A stretch of DNA of 64,000 nucleotides from an uncultured Gammaproteobacteria bacterium (GCA_964517135.1 CAZFBA010000004.1:68360-132359), one strand, 5' to 3'. Numbered from the stretch's first letter, positions 29,248 through 39,073 are shown. Program-made: numbers and translations. Notes: generated from the sequence alone by a model not told the origin.

Positions 29248-29331
29248 TTATAATTAACGTCAAAAGTAATCAGATTTCAGAAAATCCTGGAGACTTTTAG
29301 AATTGTTTAATTTTTTATGTAGTTTAGTATA
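29248..29331. repeat. Dispersed ~84-bp intergenic repeat, copy 2
   Basis: Near-identical to 25011-25094. Confidence 0.85.
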
Positions 29332-29512
29332 ATTTTTAAGATTTTATCGCAGGTTTTGAGAAACCTGAAAATTTATTCTCATCATCATTTAAGATGATAT
29401 TAACACCAAACAAAACACTTCTTTAACTTTGAAAGTAAGATAAAGAGTAATTTAATTATTTTAGATACCAGCCAGATGTGAATTTAAACAAACTATTACC
29501 GGGTAACCTTCG

Positions 29513-29788
29513 TTACCGGAGTTTTTCGAGAACCTTTGTAATGAAGTTTTCAGAAAATTGAACTTTATCTCCAAATTCTTCATAAAGAAAATGCCTGACT
29601 ACTTCTCTTTGAAATGCTTCAGGTTCTTTGCGGCAATCAATAAGCATATTGGCAAAGATATCTTTTTCAGAGACTTTGCCAGCACTAATTGCATTGGTTA
29701 CATTTTTAGAGTTTGTTTTTTGCACACTGGAATTTCCAATTTTGGTTTCAACCACGATGGTCTCTTCCCCCCTCAAGAAAGTACTCAA
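29513..29788 (-). CDS. Small hypothetical protein upstream of fliD
   Basis: ORF co-directional with fliD; start uncertain (GTG behind GAGGGG plausible). Confidence 0.55.
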   Translation of the reverse strand: MSTFLRGEETIVVETKIGNSSVQKTNSKNVTNAISAGKVSEKDIFANMLIDCRKEPEAFQREVVRHFLYEEFGDKVQFSENFITKVLEKLR

Positions 29789-30012
29789 TATTTGTATGCT
29801 ACCTATTATAGTTAGGAATATAGTTTTATGCTACTAATAATAAAATTCTCAAGCAAAAAAAGTGATAGCAAAAGCGATTTTGTTTTACAAAGCGTTACAA
29901 TTTATACTTTAATAGAATATTAAATGCTTTTATTTAAAAAATTACTTTTACCGAACAATAATTTAGTTTTATAATATCTAAACAAATAATAAATTGTATA
30001 AATATAAAGGGT

Positions 30013-31515
30013 ATGAAAATGGGCAAATCAAAAATCAACTCATCAACAATAACAAAAGCAGTCAAACTTCTCTGTGAACAGGCTAACTATTACCTGCCAC
30101 AGGATGTATTTGAAGGTATACATGAAATGTATCTCCAGGAAGAGTCACCACTGGGCAAAAACCTGTTAAACGAGATACTTCATAACGCCTATCTTGCGTC
30201 AAAATCCAGGCGCCCCATCTGTCAGGATACCGGTCTTACAGTTGTATTCATTGATATAGGCCAGGATGTTGAGCTAGAAGGAGAAAACCTGTATGATGCC
30301 ATTAATGAAGGTGTTAAACAGGCTTATTCAGATGGTTTCTTAAGAAAGTCTATTGTAGATGACCCTGTATTTGAAAGAAAAAATACAGGCACAAATACTC
30401 CGGCCGTTATCCATAGCCGCATTGTTCCGGGTAATACCATAAAAATTATCATCGCCCCTAAAGGAGGTGGCAGCGAAAATATGAGTACCCTGAAAATGCT
30501 TAAACCTGCTGAAGGTGTTGAAGGTGTAATCAAATTTGTCGTGGATTCTGTCAATATCGCAGGCGCAAACCCCTGCCCGCCTATTCATGTTGGAGTAGGT
30601 ATCGGTGGATCAATGGAATATGCCGCATTACTTGCCAAAAAAGCCCTGCTAAATAAAATTATACCGCAAGAAGAACTGGAAGAACAGGCTAAATCGTGCA
30701 AAAAATCAGCTCTCGAGCTAAGAATACTCAAAGAAATTCAAAAACTTGGTATCGGTACACAGGGCCTCGGAGGTACACTTACAGCTATTGGTGTTAGCAT
30801 TGAAATGTATCCCTGCCACATAGCCAGTATGCCAGTTGCTGTCAACATTAACTGCCACGCTGCAAGACATGCAGAAATAATCATTGATGAAACTACAGCT
30901 GTTCAAAATACCCCGTCAGAACTGTTTGATATGCCTGAACCTGAAATACTTGCAGAAGACAGCACGGTTAAAAAAATTAACCTGCCTCTTACAGAAGAAA
31001 CCATTAAAAATCTTAATGCAGGCGATAAGGTACTTCTGAGTGGCACAATCTTTACCGGTCGTGATGCTGCCCATAAACGCCTGGTTAACTGTATAGATAA
31101 AAATGAAAAACTGCCTGTTGATCTGAAAGGTCAGATAATATATTATGTTGGCCCATGCCCGGCAAAAGAAAATGAGGTTATTGGCCCTGCTGGCCCTACA
31201 ACATCAGGCAGAATGGATGCTTATGCTCCTTCTCTTCTGACTCTGGGGCTAAAAGGAATGATTGGCAAAGGGTATAGAAATCAGTCTGTTATTGATTCTA
31301 TCATTGCTAATAAAGCTATTTATATGGTAGCAACAGGTGGCGCAGGAGCTCTTCTTGCACAAAAGATCAAAAAAGCTGAGGTTGTAGCCTATGATGACCT
31401 TGGTCCTGAGGCTATATACAAGCTTGAGATAGAAAATTTTCCTGTAACTGTCTGTATAGATAGCAAAGGTAATAATTATTACGATATAGGTAAGAATAAA
31501 TACAAAAAACAGTAA
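30013..31515 (+). CDS. Class I Fe-S fumarate hydratase / tartrate dehydratase-type, fused alpha and beta domains
   Basis: PICQDTG, KGGGSEN, CPP..VGVGIGG, CHAARH; RDAAHKR, GPTTSGRM. Confidence 0.9.
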   Translation: MKMGKSKINSSTITKAVKLLCEQANYYLPQDVFEGIHEMYLQEESPLGKNLLNEILHNAYLASKSRRPICQDTGLTVVFIDIGQDVELEGENLYDAINEGVKQAYSDGFLRKSIVDDPVFERKNTGTNTPAVIHSRIVPGNTIKIIIAPKGGGSENMSTLKMLKPAEGVEGVIKFVVDSVNIAGANPCPPIHVGVGIGGSMEYAALLAKKALLNKIIPQEELEEQAKSCKKSALELRILKEIQKLGIGTQGLGGTLTAIGVSIEMYPCHIASMPVAVNINCHAARHAEIIIDETTAVQNTPSELFDMPEPEILAEDSTVKKINLPLTEETIKNLNAGDKVLLSGTIFTGRDAAHKRLVNCIDKNEKLPVDLKGQIIYYVGPCPAKENEVIGPAGPTTSGRMDAYAPSLLTLGLKGMIGKGYRNQSVIDSIIANKAIYMVATGGAGALLAQKIKKAEVVAYDDLGPEAIYKLEIENFPVTVCIDSKGNNYYDIGKNKYKKQ

Positions 31516-31538
31516 TTCAATAAATATAAATTCCACAC

Positions 31539-31560
31539 AAGACCGGATAATACCGGTTTT
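31539..31560 (+). terminator. Intrinsic terminator
   Basis: AAGACCGG-ataata-CCGGTTTT. Confidence 0.65.
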
Positions 31561-31841
31561 GTTGTTTGTAAAACCTGTCATTAAAGACTCATGCAAAACT
31601 TAAAAAATTCTATTATTATGTTATGTGCTGGTATATATATAATTAAATAATCCTGAGATTTTTTTGGGTTCATTAACTTGAATTATTGCTGTTTTTGTTG
31701 TATTAATAAGCAGGTTGTCAGTCAAACAGTGGAAGATAAGAAAAATAAATTTAAAAAACGTTACATCAAGGGGGAAATTAAGCAACTTTTTTTAATCAGG
31801 GGTTTTTACTTTTAAAATATGTGGGATAAGAAACAAAATTC

Positions 31842-33956
31842 ATGAATATAAGTTCGATAGCGAATAGTGCGGCTATTACAGGCTGGACAAGCAATAAAGG
31901 GGTTCAAAAAATCCTTTCAGATATAGGCAATGAGTCTAAATTGCTGCCTGTAGCCTTGCTTGAACTGGGGGTACAGACAGGCAGAAGCTATCATGCTCAG
32001 AAACGTGGCGGATATTATGAGTTTAAAGAAACTTTGCTTGAAGGGGCCCTGGCAGCAGCAGTCTGGATGGGTGGTATAAAGATATTAAATAAAGTCGGTG
32101 ACCTGGCTTTTGAGAAATTACTTGGTATTAATACTTCTGTTGACTGGAAACAGGTTCCGGATCTTGCTAAAGGCAGGTTAAATCCTGATAAGTTTATGAA
32201 ATTGACATATGGAACCAAGTTTTTAAAACTGGTTGCCAGTGTTGGTTTAAGTATATATACTGTAGGTGTTCTTATCCCCAAATATAAACAGAAATTAACG
32301 AGAGAAAGTATTCAAAGAAAGAAAAAAGAAGAGGCTATTGAAAAATCAAAATCCAGTATTAAGCCCCATGTGCTGGAAAACATAAATAAGAGTCTTCTTT
32401 CTACAAAGTCTGACTACCAAATACCGGTTAATTTACCTGAAAACATCACTGTTGAACATTTAAAAGTTCTTGCTGATAGTCCTCTTCACGGGACAAGATT
32501 TATGGGTCATTCTCAAAAAGGCAATGAGCCAAGCTTTACAGGTGCTATGAATATTCTAACAAAGGTGGGTTATGCACTTGAAAATCAAACAATACCCCAG
32601 CTGGCTGTAATTGATACAGGTATTACAGGTGGAAGAATCATCAATGCCAGAAATAAAGACGAAGCAATAGAGATTTTCTTTAGAGATTCTGCTTCAAGTA
32701 TGTTCTATTATTTCTGTATACCTTTGATAAGTAGAGGTTTGGCGGGTATGTTTGATGCTAAACTTGGTATTCATACTGCTCTTGACCCTAAAGCTATGGA
32801 CCCAGTTTCTCAGGCATTTAAGCAGCGTATTTTTGATATTGCAAAGGCCAATAAAGGCGTCATTGGTATTGATGATATTCAGAAAGCTATAATGGGTACA
32901 AGTAATACAGCTGTATCTGATGCCGTTAAGAATGCACTGTTAAAGTCTTCAGGGCAAACCCTGACGCCAGATCAGGTAAAAACAATTGTTTCCAATATTG
33001 ATGACTTTCTGCCAAAAGCAATTCAGGGTGCAGCCAGTGCCAGCAAGTCTCAGATTGCCAGAGAGCTTCAGGCTTATCTTGCAGGTGTATCAAAACGTGC
33101 GGTTATCGTAGCACAGAGTCAAGCTCAGTCAGCAACCTCATCAAGTTTGAGGAGTCTGGCTAACCTTATGGATGATGTTGCAAGAACACAGCCGGCTTCT
33201 GCCAAACAGGTTCAGGCAGCAGCTAAATCTATTCAAGAACTATCTAATAAAGCTTATGCTCAGGTTCAAACAGGTAAGGGGCTTGATGCTAATATCCTTA
33301 AACAGGTTGAGCAAGCTATTAGATCCCTTGGAAAGACCAACCTTGATGATCAATTAATGCTAAAAATTAACCAGGGCCTTAAAACAGTTCAGGCAAGTTC
33401 TTCGACAGCAGGTTATATTACAAAAGAAGCTCTTGAAGAGGTTATTAAAGGTGGCTTAACAAGAGATTCAAACTTCTTAAAACAGGTACTGGCAAACGTA
33501 AATGGAAAGGTCGTTGGTGATCCAACAAAATATGTTTCACCGGCTGAGCATAAAACCTTACAGCAGGCAGTTGATCGTTATGCTAAACGGGTTATCAGTC
33601 AGCTTGAAAAGTCTGTTGTGATTAAGCCGGGTGAAAAAATTAGCATTGATAAGATTGATGATGTACTTAATAAGACTATTGCACAATCAAAAAATAAAAA
33701 TATACTCTTCAAAGGCCTTTATTTAGCAGCAGGTCTTGCTTTAGCTATCTTCTGTTTATCCTGGGCTATTCCGAAAGCACAGTATCTGATAACTAAAATG
33801 AGAACTGGCAAAGATTCATTCCCTGGTGTGGCAGGCCTTCTTGATGATGAAACAAAAACAAATAAGCCTTTTAAGCCTGTAAACCCTGAAACATATAGTT
33901 CTGGATCTCAACCCTTTGATCTTTTTGTGAAGCAAAAGTTTGTTCAAAAAAAATAG
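31842..33956 (+). CDS. Large hypothetical membrane-associated protein with internal duplication
   Basis: Two homologous modules (..TGRS...E..E / ..GGRI...DEAIE; VLIPKYKQKLT / WAIPKAQYLIT) separated by a linker ending TRFMG...PSFTG. Confidence 0.8.
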   Translation: MNISSIANSAAITGWTSNKGVQKILSDIGNESKLLPVALLELGVQTGRSYHAQKRGGYYEFKETLLEGALAAAVWMGGIKILNKVGDLAFEKLLGINTSVDWKQVPDLAKGRLNPDKFMKLTYGTKFLKLVASVGLSIYTVGVLIPKYKQKLTRESIQRKKKEEAIEKSKSSIKPHVLENINKSLLSTKSDYQIPVNLPENITVEHLKVLADSPLHGTRFMGHSQKGNEPSFTGAMNILTKVGYALENQTIPQLAVIDTGITGGRIINARNKDEAIEIFFRDSASSMFYYFCIPLISRGLAGMFDAKLGIHTALDPKAMDPVSQAFKQRIFDIAKANKGVIGIDDIQKAIMGTSNTAVSDAVKNALLKSSGQTLTPDQVKTIVSNIDDFLPKAIQGAASASKSQIARELQAYLAGVSKRAVIVAQSQAQSATSSSLRSLANLMDDVARTQPASAKQVQAAAKSIQELSNKAYAQVQTGKGLDANILKQVEQAIRSLGKTNLDDQLMLKINQGLKTVQASSSTAGYITKEALEEVIKGGLTRDSNFLKQVLANVNGKVVGDPTKYVSPAEHKTLQQAVDRYAKRVISQLEKSVVIKPGEKISIDKIDDVLNKTIAQSKNKNILFKGLYLAAGLALAIFCLSWAIPKAQYLITKMRTGKDSFPGVAGLLDDETKTNKPFKPVNPETYSSGSQPFDLFVKQKFVQKK

Positions 33957-33989
33957 CCTGAACTTTTTCGAGTTTATTGAAAATTGCTA

Positions 33990-34046
33990 TTATAATCAAC
34001 GTCATAAGTAATCAGATTTCAGAAAATATAGGGCGGGTGTTTTTGC
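33990..34046. repeat. Partial copy 3 of the 84-bp repeat joined to a REP-like half site
   Basis: TTATAATCAACGTCATAAGTAATCAGATTTCAGAAAAT then ATAGGGCGGGTGTTTTTGC. Confidence 0.75.
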
Positions 34047-34051
34047 ATGCT

Positions 34052-34074
34052 AAAAGAGCCCTGTGATCGGGCTC
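34052..34074 (-). terminator. Intrinsic terminator on the minus strand with no adjacent CDS
   Basis: GAGCCC-gatcaca-GGGCTC followed by TTTT on the minus strand. Confidence 0.6.
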
Positions 34075-34430
34075 CCTTAGCTTTATAAAAACTTTGTTTG
34101 TCGTTGATTAGTTATGTTTTCCTTTTCCGTCCTCCATGTTATGTACTAACTGTCTACACTACACACACTTTACTACACGATAAGACCTACACTACATTAG
34201 TTTAGGCTATGGTTTTTCCGGTCTAGCACCCTCCTTTCATTGAAATACTACGTTTGCCTGGTAAAAGTTGTTTTATGATAACGATAAATCCGTTCTGTGA
34301 GTCTGTAATGTTTTTTGATGAACCTCCTTAAAAAAATAAAATGCTAAAAGACAATGTGCTTTTGGTTAATGGGTTATCCATTAAATTTTTCTATCGCATC
34401 ACTCCTCTCATCTATCATTTATCTCTTCTA
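34052..34430 (-). ncRNA. Candidate GGA-rich small RNA
   Basis: Several AGGAG/GGAGG motifs lacking a correctly spaced start codon, no long ORF, terminator at the 3' end. Confidence 0.4.
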
Positions 34431-34781
34431 AATATATAAAAACAAATTCCTGTATGAAATTGCCCATTTAAAAAGGAAAAATTTATTTCTTTACAAAATT
34501 GAAACAAATAGCTTTTCTTAAGTTTTCAAGAATGAATACTGAATAAGTCTTGACTTCACTGGATTTCTCATTAGGGCGATTTTATAACTCCTTAATCTAT
34601 CTGTGATTGAAGAATCCTGAAAAATTTCAAAAAAATATAAAAGAATAGATTTTTCACACAACAATTATATGAGCAACATATGCCAATACCTCTGACTTTG
34701 TGTAGTCTTCAGTGGGTTATTGTTCCATAGAATATGAGAAGGAATCAGCTTAACAAATCTTAATATTTATAAGATAAAACT

Positions 34782-34815
34782 AAAATGCCGGGCAATCCTT
34801 AAAAGTTACCCGGCA
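34782..34815 (-). terminator. Terminator of the lyase-aconitase-dehydrogenase operon
   Basis: TGCCGGG...CCCGGCA stem with T run on the minus strand. Confidence 0.7.
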
Positions 34816-34853
34816 CAATAGATTGAAGTAATCAAGTTTAAAACCTAATAATA

Positions 34854-35945
34854 TTAGAATTTTTGAGCGATGGCTCTTGCCATATCCAGTGTAGAAGTAG
34901 AACCGCCCATATCATATGTTCGAGCTTTACCTTCTTTAATGACTTCTGCGACAGCTTCTTCCAGAGTTTTAGCTTTTTCAGTTTCACCCAGCCAGTCAAG
35001 CATCATTTTGCCTGCCAGAATTGTAGCTATCGGGTTTACTTTATACATACCAAAGTATTTTGGGGCTGATCCGTGGGTTGGTTCAAAAACTGCATAGTTT
35101 TTGCCAATATTTCCACTGCACCCAAATCCTAATCCGCCTACCAATTGTGCGCAAAGGTCTGATATAATATCTCCAAATAGGTTGGTTGTTACAATTACAT
35201 CATAATTATATGGGTTTTTTAGCAGCCACATGCACATTGCATCAATATTTGCTTCTCCGTATTCAATATCAGGGTAGTCTTTTGCAACATCTCTGGCTGC
35301 ATCCATAAATGTACCGCAGGTTGCTCTGAGAACGTTAGCTTTATGTATAGCTGTTACTCTTTTTCTACCATGTTTTTTAGCATATTCAAATGCTGAACGT
35401 ACAATTCTTTCAGATCCTTTTCTGGTAATTGATCTGATAGAAATTGATGCGTCTTCCGGGATCTTTTTCATTTTTTCAATAGCGTACATTTCTTTTGGTA
35501 CTTCTTCAAAATCTACGCCAATGTACATTCCTTCAGTATTTTCTCTGAAAACAACAAGATCAATATCATCTTTATAGTTTAGCGGGTTACCGGGATATGC
35601 TTTGCATGGGCGCAAGCAGGTATATAAATCCAGTAACTGTCTCATTTTAACAATTGGGCTGGAATATACATAGCCTTTACCCTGTAATTCAGGGGCAAGT
35701 TCTTTTGCTGCTTCACCTTTGGGTTTTGAAGTAATAGCTCCAAAGAAAGCACAATCAGTATTGTTAAGCAGCTCAAGAGTTCTTTCCGGTAGTGCATTTC
35801 CTTCTTTTACCCAGAATTCCCAGCCAATATCTCCGTGAATATACTCTGCATCAAGTTCCATTTTATCAAAAATTATTCTGGCAGCTTCACACACTTCAAT
35901 GCCAACACCATCGCCTGGTAACCAGGCTATCTTGTACTTTGCCAT
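34854..35945 (-). CDS. Isocitrate/isopropylmalate/homoisocitrate dehydrogenase family protein
   Basis: PGDGVG.EV, RENTEG.Y, HKANVL, NLFGDIISD, FEPTHGSAP; YSSPIV loop resembles homoisocitrate dehydrogenases. Confidence 0.9.
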   Translation of the reverse strand: MAKYKIAWLPGDGVGIEVCEAARIIFDKMELDAEYIHGDIGWEFWVKEGNALPERTLELLNNTDCAFFGAITSKPKGEAAKELAPELQGKGYVYSSPIVKMRQLLDLYTCLRPCKAYPGNPLNYKDDIDLVVFRENTEGMYIGVDFEEVPKEMYAIEKMKKIPEDASISIRSITRKGSERIVRSAFEYAKKHGRKRVTAIHKANVLRATCGTFMDAARDVAKDYPDIEYGEANIDAMCMWLLKNPYNYDVIVTTNLFGDIISDLCAQLVGGLGFGCSGNIGKNYAVFEPTHGSAPKYFGMYKVNPIATILAGKMMLDWLGETEKAKTLEEAVAEVIKEGKARTYDMGGSTSTLDMARAIAQKF

Positions 35946-35966
35946 AAGACCTCCTGCAATAAATAT

Positions 35967-36497
35967 CTATACTTTACCATGTTTTTTTCTTAAATAAGGT
36001 ACTAAACCTCCTTCTTTGAGTAGATTAACGGCTCTATCGTCCAGTGGTGCAGATTGAATAGTTTCACCAGTGGTAATATTTTTTATAGAGCCTTCAAGCA
36101 GATTTATTTCCAGCTCATCTCCCTCGTTGATTTTTTTATAAGCTTCAGGGCTGGTTATAAGTGGTAGTCCGAGGTTAATTGAGTTTCTGAAAAAGATTCT
36201 GGCAAAAGAGCCAGCTATTATAGCACCGAACCCGGCAATTTTAATTGCTGATGCTGCCTGTTCACGGCTTGATCCACATCCGAAATTATTTGCAGCAACT
36301 ATGATATCTCCGGGTTGAACTTTTTCTCTAAGCTCAGGATAAGCAAGTTCAAAAACATGCTCTGCTGTTTCTTGCTTATCAGTGATATTAAGATATCTTC
36401 CGGGGTAAATTACATCAGTATCAATGTTGTCACCCAGAACTTTTATGACTTTTCCTTTTATTAGCATACCGTTATTAGACATTAAAAACCTCCTCAT
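35967..36497 (-). CDS. 3-isopropylmalate dehydratase / homoaconitase small subunit (LeuD/HacB type)
   Basis: DNIDTDVIYPGRYL, NFGCGSSREQA, FARIFFRNSINLGL. Confidence 0.92.
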   Translation of the reverse strand: MRRFLMSNNGMLIKGKVIKVLGDNIDTDVIYPGRYLNITDKQETAEHVFELAYPELREKVQPGDIIVAANNFGCGSSREQAASAIKIAGFGAIIAGSFARIFFRNSINLGLPLITSPEAYKKINEGDELEINLLEGSIKNITTGETIQSAPLDDRAVNLLKEGGLVPYLRKKHGKV

Positions 36498-36503
36498 AGC
36501 TTT

Positions 36504-37769
36504 TTAAAGATCGTTAGGGTTGGTAATTTTTCCTGTAATGCTCGAAGCAGCAACAACAGCAGGAGATGCAAGATATACACCAGAGTCTTTGCTGCCCATA
36601 CGCCCCAGGAAGTTTCTGTTGGTACTGGAAATACAGTTTTCTCCAGCTGCCAGAATGCCTTGATGCACACCTACGCAAGGCCCACATCCTGGAGGGTTAA
36701 TAATAGCTCCGGCATTAATAAGGGTTTGAATGTATCCTTTTTCAATAGCTCCCAGTAATACTTCCTGAGAAGCCGGTATAACAATCAGTCGGGTATGAGG
36801 ATTAACGGTTTTGCCTTTCAAAATGCTTGCAGCAATTTCGAGGTCTTCAAGTCTACCGTTGGTGCAGGAACCTACGACACCCTGATTCACTTTGACATCG
36901 CTGACCTGAGAGACAGGTTTAACGTTATCAACAAAGTGCGGACAAGCGACAACAGGTTCAGGTATATCTTTTGATACGTCTATTTCCAGCACTTTTTCAT
37001 ATTTAGCATCCGGATCAGCTGCCAGGTTTTTATCATAATCTACTTTGACAATGCTTTTTAAGTGATCATTGAGTTTTTTATCCACCGGCATAAATGCAAC
37101 CTTTGCTCCCATTTCCATTGACAGATTTGATATGGTCATTCTTGATGAAATAGACATATTATCAATGGTAGGTCCACAAAATTCTACAGCTCTGTAGTCT
37201 GCTCCGGAGGCACTAATTTTGCCTATGATATACAGCACAAGATCTTTAGCTGATATATAAGGCTTAAACTCGCCTGAAACGTGAAATTTGATGGTGGAAG
37301 GAACTTTAAACCAGAGTTCTCCTTCTGTCCATACGCCGGCCATTTCGGTAGCACCAATGCCTGTGGAGAAGGCTCCAAAGGCACCGTGGGTGGTTGTATG
37401 GGAGTCTGTGCCTACCACTACAGCACCCGGGAATATATGTCCATTATCAGGGAGTACCTGGTGGCAGATACCTCCTCTTCCTACGTCATAAAAGTTTTTA
37501 ATACCCTGCTTTTGAATTAATTCTCTGATAGCTTTATGAGTAGTGGCAGTTCTTTCAGATTCAGCAGGTATTCTATGGTCAAATATAATAACAATTTTAT
37601 CAGGATCCCAGACTTTTTCAACACCAATTTCAGCAAAGCTTTTTCTTACTACATCGGCGTTTTCGTGAGACATGGCAACGTCAACCTTTGCCATGACTAT
37701 TTCGTCTGGTTTTACTGATTGCTTTCCTGAGGCACGTGCGAGTATTTTTTCAGCAAGTGTCATTCCCAT
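36504..37769 (-). CDS. 3-isopropylmalate dehydratase / homoaconitase large subunit (LeuC/HacA type)
   Basis: TLAEKILA, DH, GICHQV, DSHT, GSCTNGR, CGPC, STNRNF.GRMG. Confidence 0.92.
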   Translation of the reverse strand: MGMTLAEKILARASGKQSVKPDEIVMAKVDVAMSHENADVVRKSFAEIGVEKVWDPDKIVIIFDHRIPAESERTATTHKAIRELIQKQGIKNFYDVGRGGICHQVLPDNGHIFPGAVVVGTDSHTTTHGAFGAFSTGIGATEMAGVWTEGELWFKVPSTIKFHVSGEFKPYISAKDLVLYIIGKISASGADYRAVEFCGPTIDNMSISSRMTISNLSMEMGAKVAFMPVDKKLNDHLKSIVKVDYDKNLAADPDAKYEKVLEIDVSKDIPEPVVACPHFVDNVKPVSQVSDVKVNQGVVGSCTNGRLEDLEIAASILKGKTVNPHTRLIVIPASQEVLLGAIEKGYIQTLINAGAIINPPGCGPCVGVHQGILAAGENCISSTNRNFLGRMGSKDSGVYLASPAVVAASSITGKITNPNDL

Positions 37770-37810
37770 TGCTTATGGCTCCTTTCAAGTTGTATATATT
37801 ATGTCTGAAA

Positions 37811-38755
37811 CTAGCTTGAAATCTGAACGGTGGCAGATTTTTCACCGTATTTTTCCTGTAGTTTCTTTTCTGGTAGATATTTATTTTCAAGTTCTTTGTA
37901 TTCTGAGAGACCAACAAAGTCTGTATATTCTTTAAATGATGTAATCCAGTGGGTTTGTCCATCAAGAATGCCTGTTGGTGAGTTTTTCAGAGCTGTAAAG
38001 AAATCTTGAAGAGCTTTATGTACTACCTGAATTGAAGCTACAGGTATACTAACTCTGGCAACACCCATTTTAGCAAGCTCAGGGATAGGTATGAGTTCAG
38101 TTTTAACTCCTGAAATTGCATCCATCAGGTTAACAGAAAGAGGTCCATTTACCCCTTTAAGGGCATTTTCGATATCATTTTTAGTTTTTATACCGTCAAT
38201 AAAGACAAGGTCGGCACCAGCTTCAAGGTAGATATTGCATCTTCTGATTGCTTCATCAATTCCTAATAGTGCAAAACAATCTGTGCGGGCATTTACGACT
38301 ATATCTGATCCATAATGTTTTTTAACATCATTAATGGCTCTAATTTTGCCTGCCATTTCTTCTGCTGATATGACTTCTTTACCCTGCATATGACCGCATC
38401 TTTTTGGGAAGAATTGATCTTCAATATTTAGCCCGGCGATATCCATTTGAATAAGTCTTTCAGCGATCCAGGCAGCGTTAACAGCGTTGCCACCACCTGT
38501 ATCAATATCGGCCATAACAGGAATTGAAACTGCCTGAGAAATGTTCCAGGTAGCATTAAGTACGTCTGCCATCTGTACAAGCCCTACATCAGGTTTAGCA
38601 AGCCATGATCCGGCCAGACCATAACCACTTATTTGAATAGCTTCAAAACCACAGGCCTCAATTATTTTTGCACTAAATGCATCGTGACATCCCGGTACGA
38701 CCAGTGCTCTTCTTTCGTTAAGTTTGTTTTTAAGGATAGTGCTACGTTTTTGCAT
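37811..38755 (-). CDS. Isocitrate lyase / PEP mutase family enzyme (PrpB / dimethylmalate lyase-like)
   Basis: PGCHDAFSA, ADIDTGGG, IEDQ..PKRCGH, ARTD. Confidence 0.9.
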   Translation of the reverse strand: MQKRSTILKNKLNERRALVVPGCHDAFSAKIIEACGFEAIQISGYGLAGSWLAKPDVGLVQMADVLNATWNISQAVSIPVMADIDTGGGNAVNAAWIAERLIQMDIAGLNIEDQFFPKRCGHMQGKEVISAEEMAGKIRAINDVKKHYGSDIVVNARTDCFALLGIDEAIRRCNIYLEAGADLVFIDGIKTKNDIENALKGVNGPLSVNLMDAISGVKTELIPIPELAKMGVARVSIPVASIQVVHKALQDFFTALKNSPTGILDGQTHWITSFKEYTDFVGLSEYKELENKYLPEKKLQEKYGEKSATVQISS

Positions 38756-39033
38756 AAAGACCTCCCTGAAACGTTTGTATATAATAACAGTTAGTTGAAC
38801 AATATGCCTTTTTATCTTATTATAAGCAGAATAAGCTTATTTCTTCATAATGGCATATTATATTTGAGTAACATTATATTCATAAAAATAAAAAAAAGTA
38901 AAAAGAAAATTTTCTAAAAACTCATATATAACAACAAAAACAGCGTAATGATTCTCTTTTCACTTATAAAAATTAGAAAAAATAGATTTGGTATAGTTTA
39001 TAGGAAGTATAAATTGTAATTATGCCCTGTTAG

Positions 39034-39073
39034 AATAGAGAGATCCTTTTTTGACAAAGAGATCTCTCTATTT
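39034..39073. terminator. Hairpin downstream of the M48 gene
   Basis: AATAGAGAGATC...GATCTCTCTATT inverted repeat. Confidence 0.6.

Noticed and set aside
29880-29900. TTACA direct repeats in several intergenic regions as a regulator box
   Set aside because: Spacing is inconsistent between sites (10-12 nt) and the motif is too short for this base composition
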